Below are positions 8,493 through 17,066 of a DNA stretch of 64,000 bases, piece after piece. Under the pieces are notes generated by a model that saw only the letters and a list, made by a program, of their open reading frames with translations, had not been told where the DNA came from and searched no databases. Source of the stretch: Candidatus Saccharimonadales bacterium (lineage in GTDB: Bacteria; Patescibacteriota; Saccharimonadia; Saccharimonadales; DATKHC01); contig JBBQBA010000002.1 of NCBI GenBank assembly GCA_038317055.1, positions 266,164 to 330,163 of the forward strand, in the 5' to 3' direction. Within the stretch, counting starts at the first letter, position 1. Every line of letters begins with the position of its first letter. Position numbers and translations under genes: made by a program.

Positions 8493-9901
8493 CTACCACT
8501 CAGGCAAATTCGATAAACTGCTGAAATAGTCCAAGCTTGTCCTGGTTCGGGAATAGGCAGATTTCCCCCAGGGGAACGCAAACTAAAATAATGCAAAGCC
8601 TCAGCTTTGTCGTACCAAACCTTATTATCGCTATCTACATATGTAAACTCGCTGAATTCACCAGCTTTAACAACGCTATCAATAAGCTTTGATTCGAGAT
8701 TTTCGGCAAGTTCTATTCGGCCGTGATTTCTTAGCCCTTTAGCTATTTCATTAGTCTCTTTGTGCCAAACAGTATAAGTTCCATGATAATCAATAAATCC
8801 AGGTATAGACTCATGTCGAAGGGCTCTCGATCGTATTCCTGCATCGGTCATGAACTCTTTACTGCTAATCATCTCGGTAATTTTATTGACAAACATATCT
8901 CTTTTTTCGGGTGCTAAATTTTTAATTAGCTGGCTATTTAATATAAGTGCACCATTTGAGGTCAGACTATCGATCTGCCGATGTTCATCATTATCGTTAA
9001 AATCTAGGGCTTGGGCAAAATAGCCCACATCCTCCATCCAAAACCAATTGGTTACCCGCTCTGATATACCCGCCGCCATTGCTCGCCAATACTGTGCTTG
9101 TTCGTCATTTTCGGCAATTAATTTTGCACTATCAAGCAGTGCATCGTAGGTATAGCCTTGAATCTCAATTGAAGCTACACCCATATTAAAGTTAGGTAGT
9201 GATCCATCGCGGTGCAAATATCCGGTTCTAGAATCTTTCCATGCTTGATTCTCAATTCCATGAGGATTAATTCGCTTATATTCAATCAGTCCTAAACTTG
9301 ATTCATTTAACTTATAGCTAATCCAACCCATCGCAAAACGTAAGCTGTCTCTAATTTTATGGGTGTCATTATCCCGACCTTTGTAGGTTTCTTCTAAAAT
9401 TGAAACACCATGGATATTTACATATCGGCAAACTAAACGCACATACAGGGGAGTGGCATCGTAGCCACCATAGTAAATCATCATGTCTGAACCTTCGTTG
9501 CCCCATTGTCGCTGTAAGTTACGTAAGATTCCTAATGAGTACTCAGGTATTTGCACTCCGTCGTATTTTAGTGATCTAAACTCATGGTGAATCTTACCGG
9601 GTTCTTCTTCGGAATCATTATTTAAATTGAAGCCCTGCAACTTAGCCAACTCCAAAATGATGTCATGAACTAGCTGCTTATGAGTTGGCAGTAAATCATC
9701 GGCAAGTACAATTGAATCGCGCCCAAAAATAGCGTACTTAAAGTTAGGTCCATTGCTGGCAAAAACGCCCCAACCATCTGGTGCATCAACAATTCTTAGA
9801 TAATCTGGATTAGAAACAGCATTGGGATCACGAATGAACCGCTCTAGTTCAGATATCCTATCTTCGGTTTTTTTATTTGACCACTCATCTGCGAAATCCA
9901 T
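8489..9901 (-). CDS. amylo-alpha-1,6-glucosidase / glycogen-debranching (GDE_C) family protein
   Basis: It carries the FGRDSI motif and has an (alpha/alpha)6-type length and pattern. Confidence 0.7.
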   Translation of the reverse strand: MDFADEWSNKKTEDRISELERFIRDPNAVSNPDYLRIVDAPDGWGVFASNGPNFKYAIFGRDSIVLADDLLPTHKQLVHDIILELAKLQGFNLNNDSEEEPGKIHHEFRSLKYDGVQIPEYSLGILRNLQRQWGNEGSDMMIYYGGYDATPLYVRLVCRYVNIHGVSILEETYKGRDNDTHKIRDSLRFAMGWISYKLNESSLGLIEYKRINPHGIENQAWKDSRTGYLHRDGSLPNFNMGVASIEIQGYTYDALLDSAKLIAENDEQAQYWRAMAAGISERVTNWFWMEDVGYFAQALDFNDNDEHRQIDSLTSNGALILNSQLIKNLAPEKRDMFVNKITEMISSKEFMTDAGIRSRALRHESIPGFIDYHGTYTVWHKETNEIAKGLRNHGRIELAENLESKLIDSVVKAGEFSEFTYVDSDNKVWYDKAEALHYFSLRSPGGNLPIPEPGQAWTISAVYRICLSGS

Positions 9902-9924
9902 TTAAGGCTATGTTAGCATAAGAA

Positions 9925-10989
9925 CTACTTCTTATTAAGCTTTTTAGAACTGTTATCCATATTGATTACTTTCCGATAAGCCTTGAGATAATTCTTTGCC
10001 ATAATTCTTGCCGTAAAGTGCTCTTCAACATGAGCCCGACAGACAGCACGGTTGATCTTATCGATTAGTTTAACTTTTTTAGTTAGTTCAGCTATGTTCT
10101 CACAAGCGTATCCAACCTTAGCATCTTTAAAAATCTCCGGCATTGAACCTCGATTAATAGTAAGTACCGGTACACCGCAGGCCATAGCTTCAATATTAAC
10201 CAGTCCAAATGGTTCGTCCCATTGAATTGGCGAAATTAAAGCTTTAGCTTCACTGAGTATTTCGATTTTCTGTTTTTCAGCAAGTTCACCTAAGTAATTT
10301 ATATTTTTCCCGTTAATTAGAGGTTTAATTACATTACGAAAATATATTCTATCTGGCGGATCTACTTTAGCCACAATAATTAATTTCTGATGAGTAGCTT
10401 TGGCTATCGCAATTGCTTCCTCGATTCCTTTATCCGGATTAATCCTACCTAGGAATATTAAATAGTTTTTGGGTTTAGGGTTAAATTTAAACTTTTCAAT
10501 GTTTATTCCGTTATAAACCGTTGCTGCATAATGAAGGCTAGGTGAGAGTCGACGCTGTGAATTAGAAATACTAATAAAATATTGTTTAGCATAGGCTTTA
10601 TCTAAATACGCCGGAACTGGATTATGCAAGGTAGTAACTACTGGGTCACGTAAGAACTGTTTAACCAAAGTAAAAGGTTCATCCATATTGCTATGAATGA
10701 TGTCGTAGCGCGTATTTTTTAGTTTCTTGTTTACAAAATAGACAGCTTCAATTTGTTTAGCAAACCAATCTCTTGGTTTAAAAGCTATTAGACTTCGAAC
10801 AGGTAGGTCGGTAATAGGAATTAGGTTAGCACTAGTGACGGAATCTCCAGTTGCAAACAGATCGACTTCATGACCCAGCGCCACTAATTCTTCGGCGAGA
10901 TTAAATACAACCCTCTCAGTGCCACCATACTTTTTGGGAGGTACGCTCTCTTCAATAGGTGCAAGTAAAGCAATTTTCACCTTAAACAA
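9925..10989 (-). CDS. glycosyltransferase family 4
   Basis: Motifs GGTERVV and the EX7E region EPFGLVNIEAMACGVPV are present. Confidence 0.85.
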   Translation of the reverse strand: MFKVKIALLAPIEESVPPKKYGGTERVVFNLAEELVALGHEVDLFATGDSVTSANLIPITDLPVRSLIAFKPRDWFAKQIEAVYFVNKKLKNTRYDIIHSNMDEPFTLVKQFLRDPVVTTLHNPVPAYLDKAYAKQYFISISNSQRRLSPSLHYAATVYNGINIEKFKFNPKPKNYLIFLGRINPDKGIEEAIAIAKATHQKLIIVAKVDPPDRIYFRNVIKPLINGKNINYLGELAEKQKIEILSEAKALISPIQWDEPFGLVNIEAMACGVPVLTINRGSMPEIFKDAKVGYACENIAELTKKVKLIDKINRAVCRAHVEEHFTARIMAKNYLKAYRKVINMDNSSKKLNKK

Positions 10990-11069
10990 ATACCCTTATA
11001 AGTAAACCTCTACCAGTTAAGTATAAAAGTTACTTAACCATGGAAGTACTTTTAATATAGTTTATCCGA

Positions 11070-11100
11070 AGTAAAACGACAATCTTATCGTCGTTTTTTT
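11070..11100 (-). terminator. putative rho-independent terminator overlapping the 3' end of 11085..11696
   Basis: The stem AAACGAC/GTCGTTT has a 9-nt loop and T-runs on both strands. Confidence 0.4.
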
Positions 11101-11696
11101 CTATTTCGCCAGGATTTAAAAAGCTGAAATACACCGATTGTTTTTTTTGGATCTTCTGATACTTTGAGTTCTGGTACTTCTTGAGGTACATATTCAGTTT
11201 TATTATCGTCAACCCATATTTCTGGAACGGCTCTAGGTGCACTTTTATGCTTAAAGATTAGATGTGCTTCTTGTTCATAGATGTAGTTTCCATTATCAAG
11301 TCTTATAATTTTAATTCCATGCTTACTAGCACTTTCTTGGTCGGACCTAATAACCGTACCGACATGTAGATAAGTTCCAGTCGAAATCTCTTCAAGATAT
11401 GGGGTCATGTGTACATGAACTCTCATATTTAATTCTTCAGTCTTCTGGGGCGGCTGAGTATAAGCCCTTAGATCTTCGCCGGCGACAATTATCATATCGT
11501 TTTCCAGTTTAGAGATGGCTTTTTTACCATTAACGTCAAAACGTAGTATTGTGCCTTGGAGATTATCAACTCCGTCGGCAGTCACAACATTTACATCAAT
11601 TCGCTCACCTACAAATGTGCTTTGAAGTGGAAATGTGTTATTTGTTGGTCGCAGTATATTATATGTCGTCTCATACATAGAACGAATATTATACAA
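11085..11696 (-). CDS. hypothetical protein
   Basis: A 203-aa ORF with a basic C-terminus. I recognise no family. Confidence 0.55.
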   Translation of the reverse strand: MYNIRSMYETTYNILRPTNNTFPLQSTFVGERIDVNVVTADGVDNLQGTILRFDVNGKKAISKLENDMIIVAGEDLRAYTQPPQKTEELNMRVHVHMTPYLEEISTGTYLHVGTVIRSDQESASKHGIKIIRLDNGNYIYEQEAHLIFKHKSAPRAVPEIWVDDNKTEYVPQEVPELKVSEDPKKTIGVFQLFKSWRNRKKRR

Positions 11697-11726
11697 TATT
11701 ATTGCGCTTTTTCGTAACTTATTTAT

Positions 11727-11900
11727 TTAAAGTTTAGTTTCAATCCGTTTATTGTTTCGAATACCAATTGCAGATACAAGACCACCACCAAGACTATTAC
11801 TAATTGAAGGTAGTGCTACATTTACAACTGAGCTATCTAAAAAGGCAACAAATGATGCTAAAACACTGATAATTATTACTAGACGTTGCTGTCTGGACAT
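11727..11900 (-). pseudogene. remnant of an MFS (DHA2/EmrB-type) transporter, first ~45 residues only
   Basis: My own translation gives MSRQQRLVIIISVLASFVAFLDSSVVNVALPSISNSLGGGLVSAIGIRNNKRIETKL*. The FLDSSVVNVALPSI segment is the TM1 signature of DHA2 MFS pumps, and the ORF stops after 57 aa. Confidence 0.55.
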
Positions 11901-11920
11901 GGATTTAGCATAACATTTAA

Positions 11921-13096
11921 TTAGAAGCTGAATGTTTGGGCTGGCGCACTAGCTTGATACAGAGAACTTGAGTAAACCTGTTGAAAAGCTGCTAGAGAAT
12001 TGGGACTAGAATCAATTGGATAACTATAGCTAGTTGATCCACTAGAATCAAAATAATTTATAGCTTTTATATGAGGAAAAGATGTCGGAATAGCTTTGAG
12101 GTAAGCATCTGTAACCCACTCTGCTTTTGAACTCGGAGCAAAAGCTAAACCGCTATATTCTAATGTACCCGTCTCAGCGATAATTACAGGTCTTTTAGTT
12201 AATGCAACTATATCGTTATAACCTGGTGTAAAGATTTTGGTAAATGAAGATGGATTTGTAGAATTTTTATTATATCCGTCCATAGAGGCCCAACTAATGT
12301 TACTATCCCCTGGATAATATGAATCTACATTAGCTATCGATGTGCCACTTGAAAAACACCAAATAAATTGTACGTTTGTTGCTCCAGCTTGTTTAAATAA
12401 TTGAACGACATGGTTATATGCAGCAACATACATTTGAGGAGTATTAGTATATGGGTAATTTCCAGTCGGTGAGGTAGGGTCAAGTTGATTATTCGAAAGG
12501 GGAGTGGAGTTTGCAGCTACGTTTCCCCAAGGATACCAATTACCGTTAAATTCATGCATAAGTCTCAAATAAATAGGGTGATTTACGGCTTTTGCGCTTT
12601 GAGCCCAAGCTGTAATATAACTATCTTCACTTCCGTTAGACATGCTCGTCAAGACGCTAGTGGTTTTATAAGAACTCAGATTTGCCTGCCAAGTAATCAT
12701 TGGTGTAGAACCCATAGAAATTATGTTATTTACATTAGTTAGCGGAAATTTTTCTGGCACTCCATTAAATTCCCAACCATAAAAAGCATTTATTAATTTA
12801 GGTGTTACACCAATTTGGTTTATGGCATTTTGCAAATTTGAAAGTGGAGTATTTAGGCCAATCGTAATGCCAGCTGGTGGAGATAAATTTCCAAACTGAA
12901 CTGCTCTTCCATTCGAAGCATTACTATCCTGGGTAGCTATGGCTGGTGAGGTGAGAGATCCAGATTCAGCTTGAATGGTGACATAAGAAGAAAGTGCATG
13001 GATGCTTATTAATAAACTAACACCGACCACAGTTATTATCGCGATTATTAATATACCAGCGACTTGTTGTTTGTTAAATTTTTTAATATTAGACAC
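11921..13096 (-). CDS. glycoside hydrolase family 26 (beta-mannanase-like), secreted
   Basis: The YLRLMHEFNGNWYPWG motif is present, and the N-terminal anchor ends in IHALS. Confidence 0.7.
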   Translation of the reverse strand: MSNIKKFNKQQVAGILIIAIITVVGVSLLISIHALSSYVTIQAESGSLTSPAIATQDSNASNGRAVQFGNLSPPAGITIGLNTPLSNLQNAINQIGVTPKLINAFYGWEFNGVPEKFPLTNVNNIISMGSTPMITWQANLSSYKTTSVLTSMSNGSEDSYITAWAQSAKAVNHPIYLRLMHEFNGNWYPWGNVAANSTPLSNNQLDPTSPTGNYPYTNTPQMYVAAYNHVVQLFKQAGATNVQFIWCFSSGTSIANVDSYYPGDSNISWASMDGYNKNSTNPSSFTKIFTPGYNDIVALTKRPVIIAETGTLEYSGLAFAPSSKAEWVTDAYLKAIPTSFPHIKAINYFDSSGSTSYSYPIDSSPNSLAAFQQVYSSSLYQASAPAQTFSF

Positions 13097-13287
13097 TATG
13101 AGTACTCTTAATTATTTACTAATTATAACAAACGTTATTAATTATTATGGAAACCTCAATGAATTTAAATATATAAATAACAGATTACACGTAGGGGTTT
13201 ATACACAGCTAAATACTTTTTCTATTATTTTTTCATAAAAAAGCTTTACAAAGGGAATATAATATTTGTTAGAAAGCAAAAATAAAC

Positions 13288-13566
13288 ATGACGTTAGTAG
13301 AATCAAGAGAAAAAATTGCTGATTTTTCCGAACCTCTTAAGCAAACAGGTCCTGATTTAGAAGTAATTTCCGCAGCAGTTATAAATTTCGGAACCAGAGA
13401 AAACTTAGTAATAACAAGTGATAGTCCAGGTCACATTTTCATAGAGAATGGTGTAAGACCATTTGAAATACCACATATCGAAGGTCAAAGTTCACTTCAG
13501 TTCGAGCAGTGGTTTCTTGATGTACCACCCTGTGCAATTGTCGAACAAATGACATTTGGACTATAA
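13288..13566 (+). CDS. hypothetical protein
   Basis: A 92-aa ORF. I recognise no family. Confidence 0.4.
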   Translation: MTLVESREKIADFSEPLKQTGPDLEVISAAVINFGTRENLVITSDSPGHIFIENGVRPFEIPHIEGQSSLQFEQWFLDVPPCAIVEQMTFGL

Positions 13567-13970
13567 TCTAAATACTTGACTTTATTACTGTTTTATTGTA
13601 GTGTATTCAAGTTTCGTTGAGCTACTTGTAAGAGTAGTTACGATGCACATTGACAGAGTAATAATCCAGCTCGGCAACTAGAAGTTCACCAACTTTTGCT
13701 TGCCTAGCTGGAGAGTCCGGTTATGAGCTATTAGGAGATTTATTGCGGATAAAGAAATTTCGTTTTTAGGTTCTTCCGATTCTACAATGAAGTTGTTGCC
13801 AGAGCGTTCGAATAGGACATTGTCATGACCGAAAACGGTTTATTTTTCGATTTTTCTGTAAACTTGATGCTACTCATGTGTCTGAGCATTCTCGTGCTTT
13901 CTGCACTTGCATATGCACTAATTTAGCTCGTTACAAGAATTCACGACTGCCGACAATCAAGGAGAAACCA

Positions 13971-14060
13971 ATGGGTTGGAAAAACACATTCATGATCGTC
14001 TTACTTTCAACGGTTACTGTTATCATCAACAGCGCAGTCATCTACTGGTACGCTTTCTGA
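13971..14060 (+). CDS. candidate small hydrophobic peptide (type I toxin-like), 29 aa
   Basis: A strong SD (AAGGAG at 13960-13965, 5 nt spacer) precedes the ATG at 13971. The product MGWKNTFMIVLLSTVTVIINSAVIYWYAF has a single TM helix. A long compound hairpin lies downstream at 14115-14177. Confidence 0.35.
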   Translation: MGWKNTFMIVLLSTVTVIINSAVIYWYAF

Positions 14061-14363
14061 TTCGCAGTAAATAACGAGGGGGCTCGTATGTCGGACAAAA
14101 TGTTTTTATTGATTAGGTGGGGCCGTGGTTTATATACCATAGAGATAATGCGACGCATTATATATCTCTCCCCACCTCTACCATAACTACTCCCATTACT
14201 CTGTCACATCACCAATATACTTAATTATTTGAGTGTTTTGGCGACGTAATAAATAAACTTAAGAAGTTAAAACTACAAAAGTGCTTATGTATACAATATT
14301 GTTTTCTTCTTGTCATTTTTATGTATTTGATATACAAATATAGTACTAATTAATGGAGGTAAT

Positions 14364-14897
14364 ATGAAAAAACTAATAAGCATGTTTGCAACAGTGGCTG
14401 TAGGTATGAGCCTTGCTGTAAGTGGAGTCGCCGCAGCTGACTCTATAACTAACACGGGCCCAGGCTCAACTAACACAATCGACACTTCACAAACAAGTGA
14501 TACAAGCATAGATTGTAACAACAACATTAACAGTAGTAACTCTAACCCACAGAGTTCAAGTACTGGTTCTGGAACAACAAACGAAAACACATCAGGTGGA
14601 AGTGCAACTTCTGGTAATTCTAGTAACAACAGTTCAACAGACGTAACTGTAAACACAAATTGTGGTTCAGCTATGACTGCAAGTTCTACCCCAGCTGGAA
14701 AAGGTGCAGGATCAACTACTCCAACACCAACACCAGCACCAGCAGCAACTCCACAAGTTGTCGCGCCAACTGGTAGCGTTCATGCAGGTGGCGGCGCCGG
14801 AGTAAAAACTTCAAATCTTGCTGCTCTAGGTCTAGTAGGATCAGTTAGTGCACTTGGTCTTGGATTAGTAGCACGTAAAACTGCACTATTTCGATAA
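14364..14897 (+). CDS. secreted S/T/N-rich surface protein with an LPXTG-like (VAPTG) C-terminal sorting signal
   Basis: It has the signal peptide MKKLISMFATVAVGMSLAVSGVAAADS, and a C-terminus with VAPTG, then a hydrophobic stretch, then ARKTALFR. Confidence 0.7.
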   Translation: MKKLISMFATVAVGMSLAVSGVAAADSITNTGPGSTNTIDTSQTSDTSIDCNNNINSSNSNPQSSSTGSGTTNENTSGGSATSGNSSNNSSTDVTVNTNCGSAMTASSTPAGKGAGSTTPTPTPAPAATPQVVAPTGSVHAGGGAGVKTSNLAALGLVGSVSALGLGLVARKTALFR

Positions 14898-14961
14898 GAT
14901 ATACTTCGAAATTCTAACTGTATAGTGCGGATATTTTATCCGGAGTATTAAGGATAGGTTC

Positions 14962-15777
14962 ATGAATATTTGGCGAGCCAAATACTATAAATTCAATATT
15001 AGCCAAAATCGAAAAGTATTAATTACTATTCGCCGGTTCAAGACTGCCAAAATAAATCGTTCAAAGAAGTTTAGTCAGATAGTAATACCGTTTGAAATCG
15101 GTAAGATCAAAGAGTTCTCGTTCAGACTTCATCAGACTAAAAGACGTAGTCGAAAACAAAAAGAACTAACAACCTTGCAACGATTTACTCCAACTCCTGC
15201 GAGCGTACTTATTACACTGGGTTTAATTGGAACAATAGTATTTGGCATACAAATAAGCTCAAGTCATGCTCTTGAACCGACCAAAACTTTCTCAACCACT
15301 AAACAGGTGGCGCCGGTCAAATCATTGCCGGCGTCCGTTCCAACAAATATATCTATACCATCTGTTAATATAGATTATCCAATCATTACAGTTGGACTAG
15401 ATACTGCTGGTGCTATCCAGTTGCCACCAGTACTGTCCTGGAATACAGGTTGGTATAATGGAAGCCCTACTCCTGGACAAATTGGACCCTCAATAATAGT
15501 TGGACATGTCGATAGTTATCAAAATATCTCAGTATTTTGGCGTCTACGTTATGTTCAGCCAGGTGCGTTAATTTATATCAAACGAACAGATGGAACTACT
15601 GTCACGTTTAAAGTAACCGATTTAAAGCAATTCGACCAAAGTGCGTTTCCAACGGCAGAAGTATATGGCAATATAAAATATCCGGGACTTCGCCTAATTA
15701 CCTGTGGTGGAACATTTGATTCTCAATCTGCAAGCTATTCGCAAAATACAGTAGTATTCGCAACTATAGTAGATTAA
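14962..15777 (+). CDS. sortase family protein (class E/F-like), no Arg downstream of the catalytic Cys
   Basis: It carries the His motif SIIVGHVDS and the Cys motif LRLITCGG. The tail TFDSQSASYSQNTVVFATIVD contains no Arg. Confidence 0.75.
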   Translation: MNIWRAKYYKFNISQNRKVLITIRRFKTAKINRSKKFSQIVIPFEIGKIKEFSFRLHQTKRRSRKQKELTTLQRFTPTPASVLITLGLIGTIVFGIQISSSHALEPTKTFSTTKQVAPVKSLPASVPTNISIPSVNIDYPIITVGLDTAGAIQLPPVLSWNTGWYNGSPTPGQIGPSIIVGHVDSYQNISVFWRLRYVQPGALIYIKRTDGTTVTFKVTDLKQFDQSAFPTAEVYGNIKYPGLRLITCGGTFDSQSASYSQNTVVFATIVD

Positions 15778-15982
15778 TGCCTGTGCTTTTGCACCCCAAG
15801 AGAGAAAGCATAAGTGATACTATAAAATGTATTTTACATTTACTCATTTCTAGTGTATAGTAATATTCATAACGAGCGGAGATGGAGGGCTTTCTCACTT
15901 GATTTGGCAGATTTATCTGACTTATCAGTAGTAAGTTCTGTGTTGAAACTCGTCTTTTTATAAACCTATACAAGGAGACGCT

Positions 15983-16195
15983 ATGTACGGAATGGGCGGA
16001 GGCGGAATATCATCAGTTGGTACCGCAGTTACCACTACAGCTACAGGCGCATTTGGCGTTGCATTTCTTCCTAATACTGGAAGTCTTTCAGTAATGTTTT
16101 ACATCGCAGCAACTTATATTGCTATCGGAATTGTAAGCTTACTCGTAAACGGTGCAATTAAGTTCAAAAAGAACTTAAGCAACAAAGCTCAATAA
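15983..16195 (+). CDS. 70-aa LPNTG mini-protein (sortase substrate without a signal peptide)
   Basis: An SD (AAGGAG at 15972-15977) precedes the start. LPNTG occupies aa 29-33, followed by a TM helix and a KFKK tail. The N-terminal 28 aa are G/T/A-rich and uncharged. Confidence 0.6.
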   Translation: MYGMGGGGISSVGTAVTTTATGAFGVAFLPNTGSLSVMFYIAATYIAIGIVSLLVNGAIKFKKNLSNKAQ

Positions 16196-16245
16196 ACTAA
16201 ATAGACTTATAAGTAACCCTTATAAACTAAATAGTTAGGTTTAAT

Positions 16246-16899
16246 ATGAAGAAAATTCTTTCTCAGATTAAAAACAGAAAAATAAGTAATGCTCAACTAG
16301 TTAGTCTAGTTAGTATCACTTTACTTGCAATTGGACTCGTAATTGTATTACCTTCGCTTTATTTTAGGTGGAATAACACTGGTACGGCATCAGCTAATCC
16401 GATAACTGCGAGTCAGGTATGGTCAAAAGTTAACTCAGAAGCTAAACCAACCACAAATCAAGTAAAGGTAACTGGATTTCCTATATCTATATCGATTCCA
16501 GGGTCTCGACCAGCCCTAAATATTTACGATCAAGTTATTCCTGGTTATTATAATAAAAACAGTGGTCAGTGGACTCTAAGCGGCAAGGCAGCTCAATTTG
16601 CTGTGATATCTAGTCAACCTAATAACATTTCTGGAAATACTTTTATTTATGGTCATTATAATCCATATGTGTTTGCATACTTACATTTAATTACCCCAGG
16701 TACAGTTGCTACTATTACAACTGACAATGGCTATGAATTTAGCTATAAGTTTGTAAATACATATACAGTCCAGCCAACTGATACTAATGTTCTAAACTAC
16801 AGTGGATCACCAATCTTAACAGTTCAAACATGTTCAGGTGCTTTTTTCCAAAACCGACAAATGTTTGTATTTAGCTTCGAAAGCTATAAGAAAATATAG
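16246..16899 (+). CDS. sortase family protein
   Basis: It has an N-terminal TM anchor, the His motif FIYGHYN, the Cys motif LTVQTCSG, and Arg in FQNRQMFVF. Confidence 0.8.
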   Translation: MKKILSQIKNRKISNAQLVSLVSITLLAIGLVIVLPSLYFRWNNTGTASANPITASQVWSKVNSEAKPTTNQVKVTGFPISISIPGSRPALNIYDQVIPGYYNKNSGQWTLSGKAAQFAVISSQPNNISGNTFIYGHYNPYVFAYLHLITPGTVATITTDNGYEFSYKFVNTYTVQPTDTNVLNYSGSPILTVQTCSGAFFQNRQMFVFSFESYKKI

Positions 16900-16904
16900 A
16901 TCAA

Positions 16905-17054
16905 CTAAACAGTTTTTACGAAGATTATAGTCTCGTAGAGTTGGTAAGTTAGATATCCTAAAGATCCTAGGGTAGCGATGATTGCTAGATAATGGGCTAG
17001 TTTGATAGTAAGCTTCTTGAATTTTGTATTCTTCTTAGACTTAGTTTTACTCAT
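16905..17054 (-). CDS. small membrane protein (49 aa) coupled to the upstream GT2 gene
   Basis: My own translation gives MSKTKSKKNTKFKKLTIKLAHYLAIIATLGSLGYLTYQLYETIIFVKTV. An AAGGAG SD lies 8 nt upstream and overlaps the GT2 3' end. Confidence 0.45.
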   Translation of the reverse strand: MSKTKSKKNTKFKKLTIKLAHYLAIIATLGSLGYLTYQLYETIIFVKTV

Positions 17055-17066
17055 AACTCTAACTCC

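Noticed and set aside
8489-10989. I considered whether the GDE-like glucosidase plus GT4 pair is a novel system.
   Set aside because: This is a common carbohydrate-storage or compatible-solute type gene pair, and nothing unusual is visible in the sequence.
13640-13870. A minus-strand reading frame (..GHDNVLFERSGNNFIVESEEPKNEISLSAINLLIAHNRTLQLGKQKLVNF*) might be a pseudogene.
   Set aside because: It has no start codon and is interrupted by a stop codon, and I recognise no family. It is mentioned only as part of the GC-rich island finding.
14285-14656. A 123-aa minus-strand ORF lies antisense to the S/T/N-rich surface protein gene. The same pattern occurs at 60064..60387, 40928..41293, 50520..50885 and 12485..12742, and with the other short antisense ORFs in the track.
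   Set aside because: They lie entirely inside longer ORFs with recognisable domains or signals, have low-complexity or Leu/Ser-rich compositions typical of shadow frames, and lack start signals.
15764-15973. A 69-aa minus-strand ORF lies in the gap between sortase 1 and the LPNTG mini-gene.
   Set aside because: It has no SD and overlaps the end of the sortase gene and the promoter/SD region of the mini-gene. Its composition looks non-coding.
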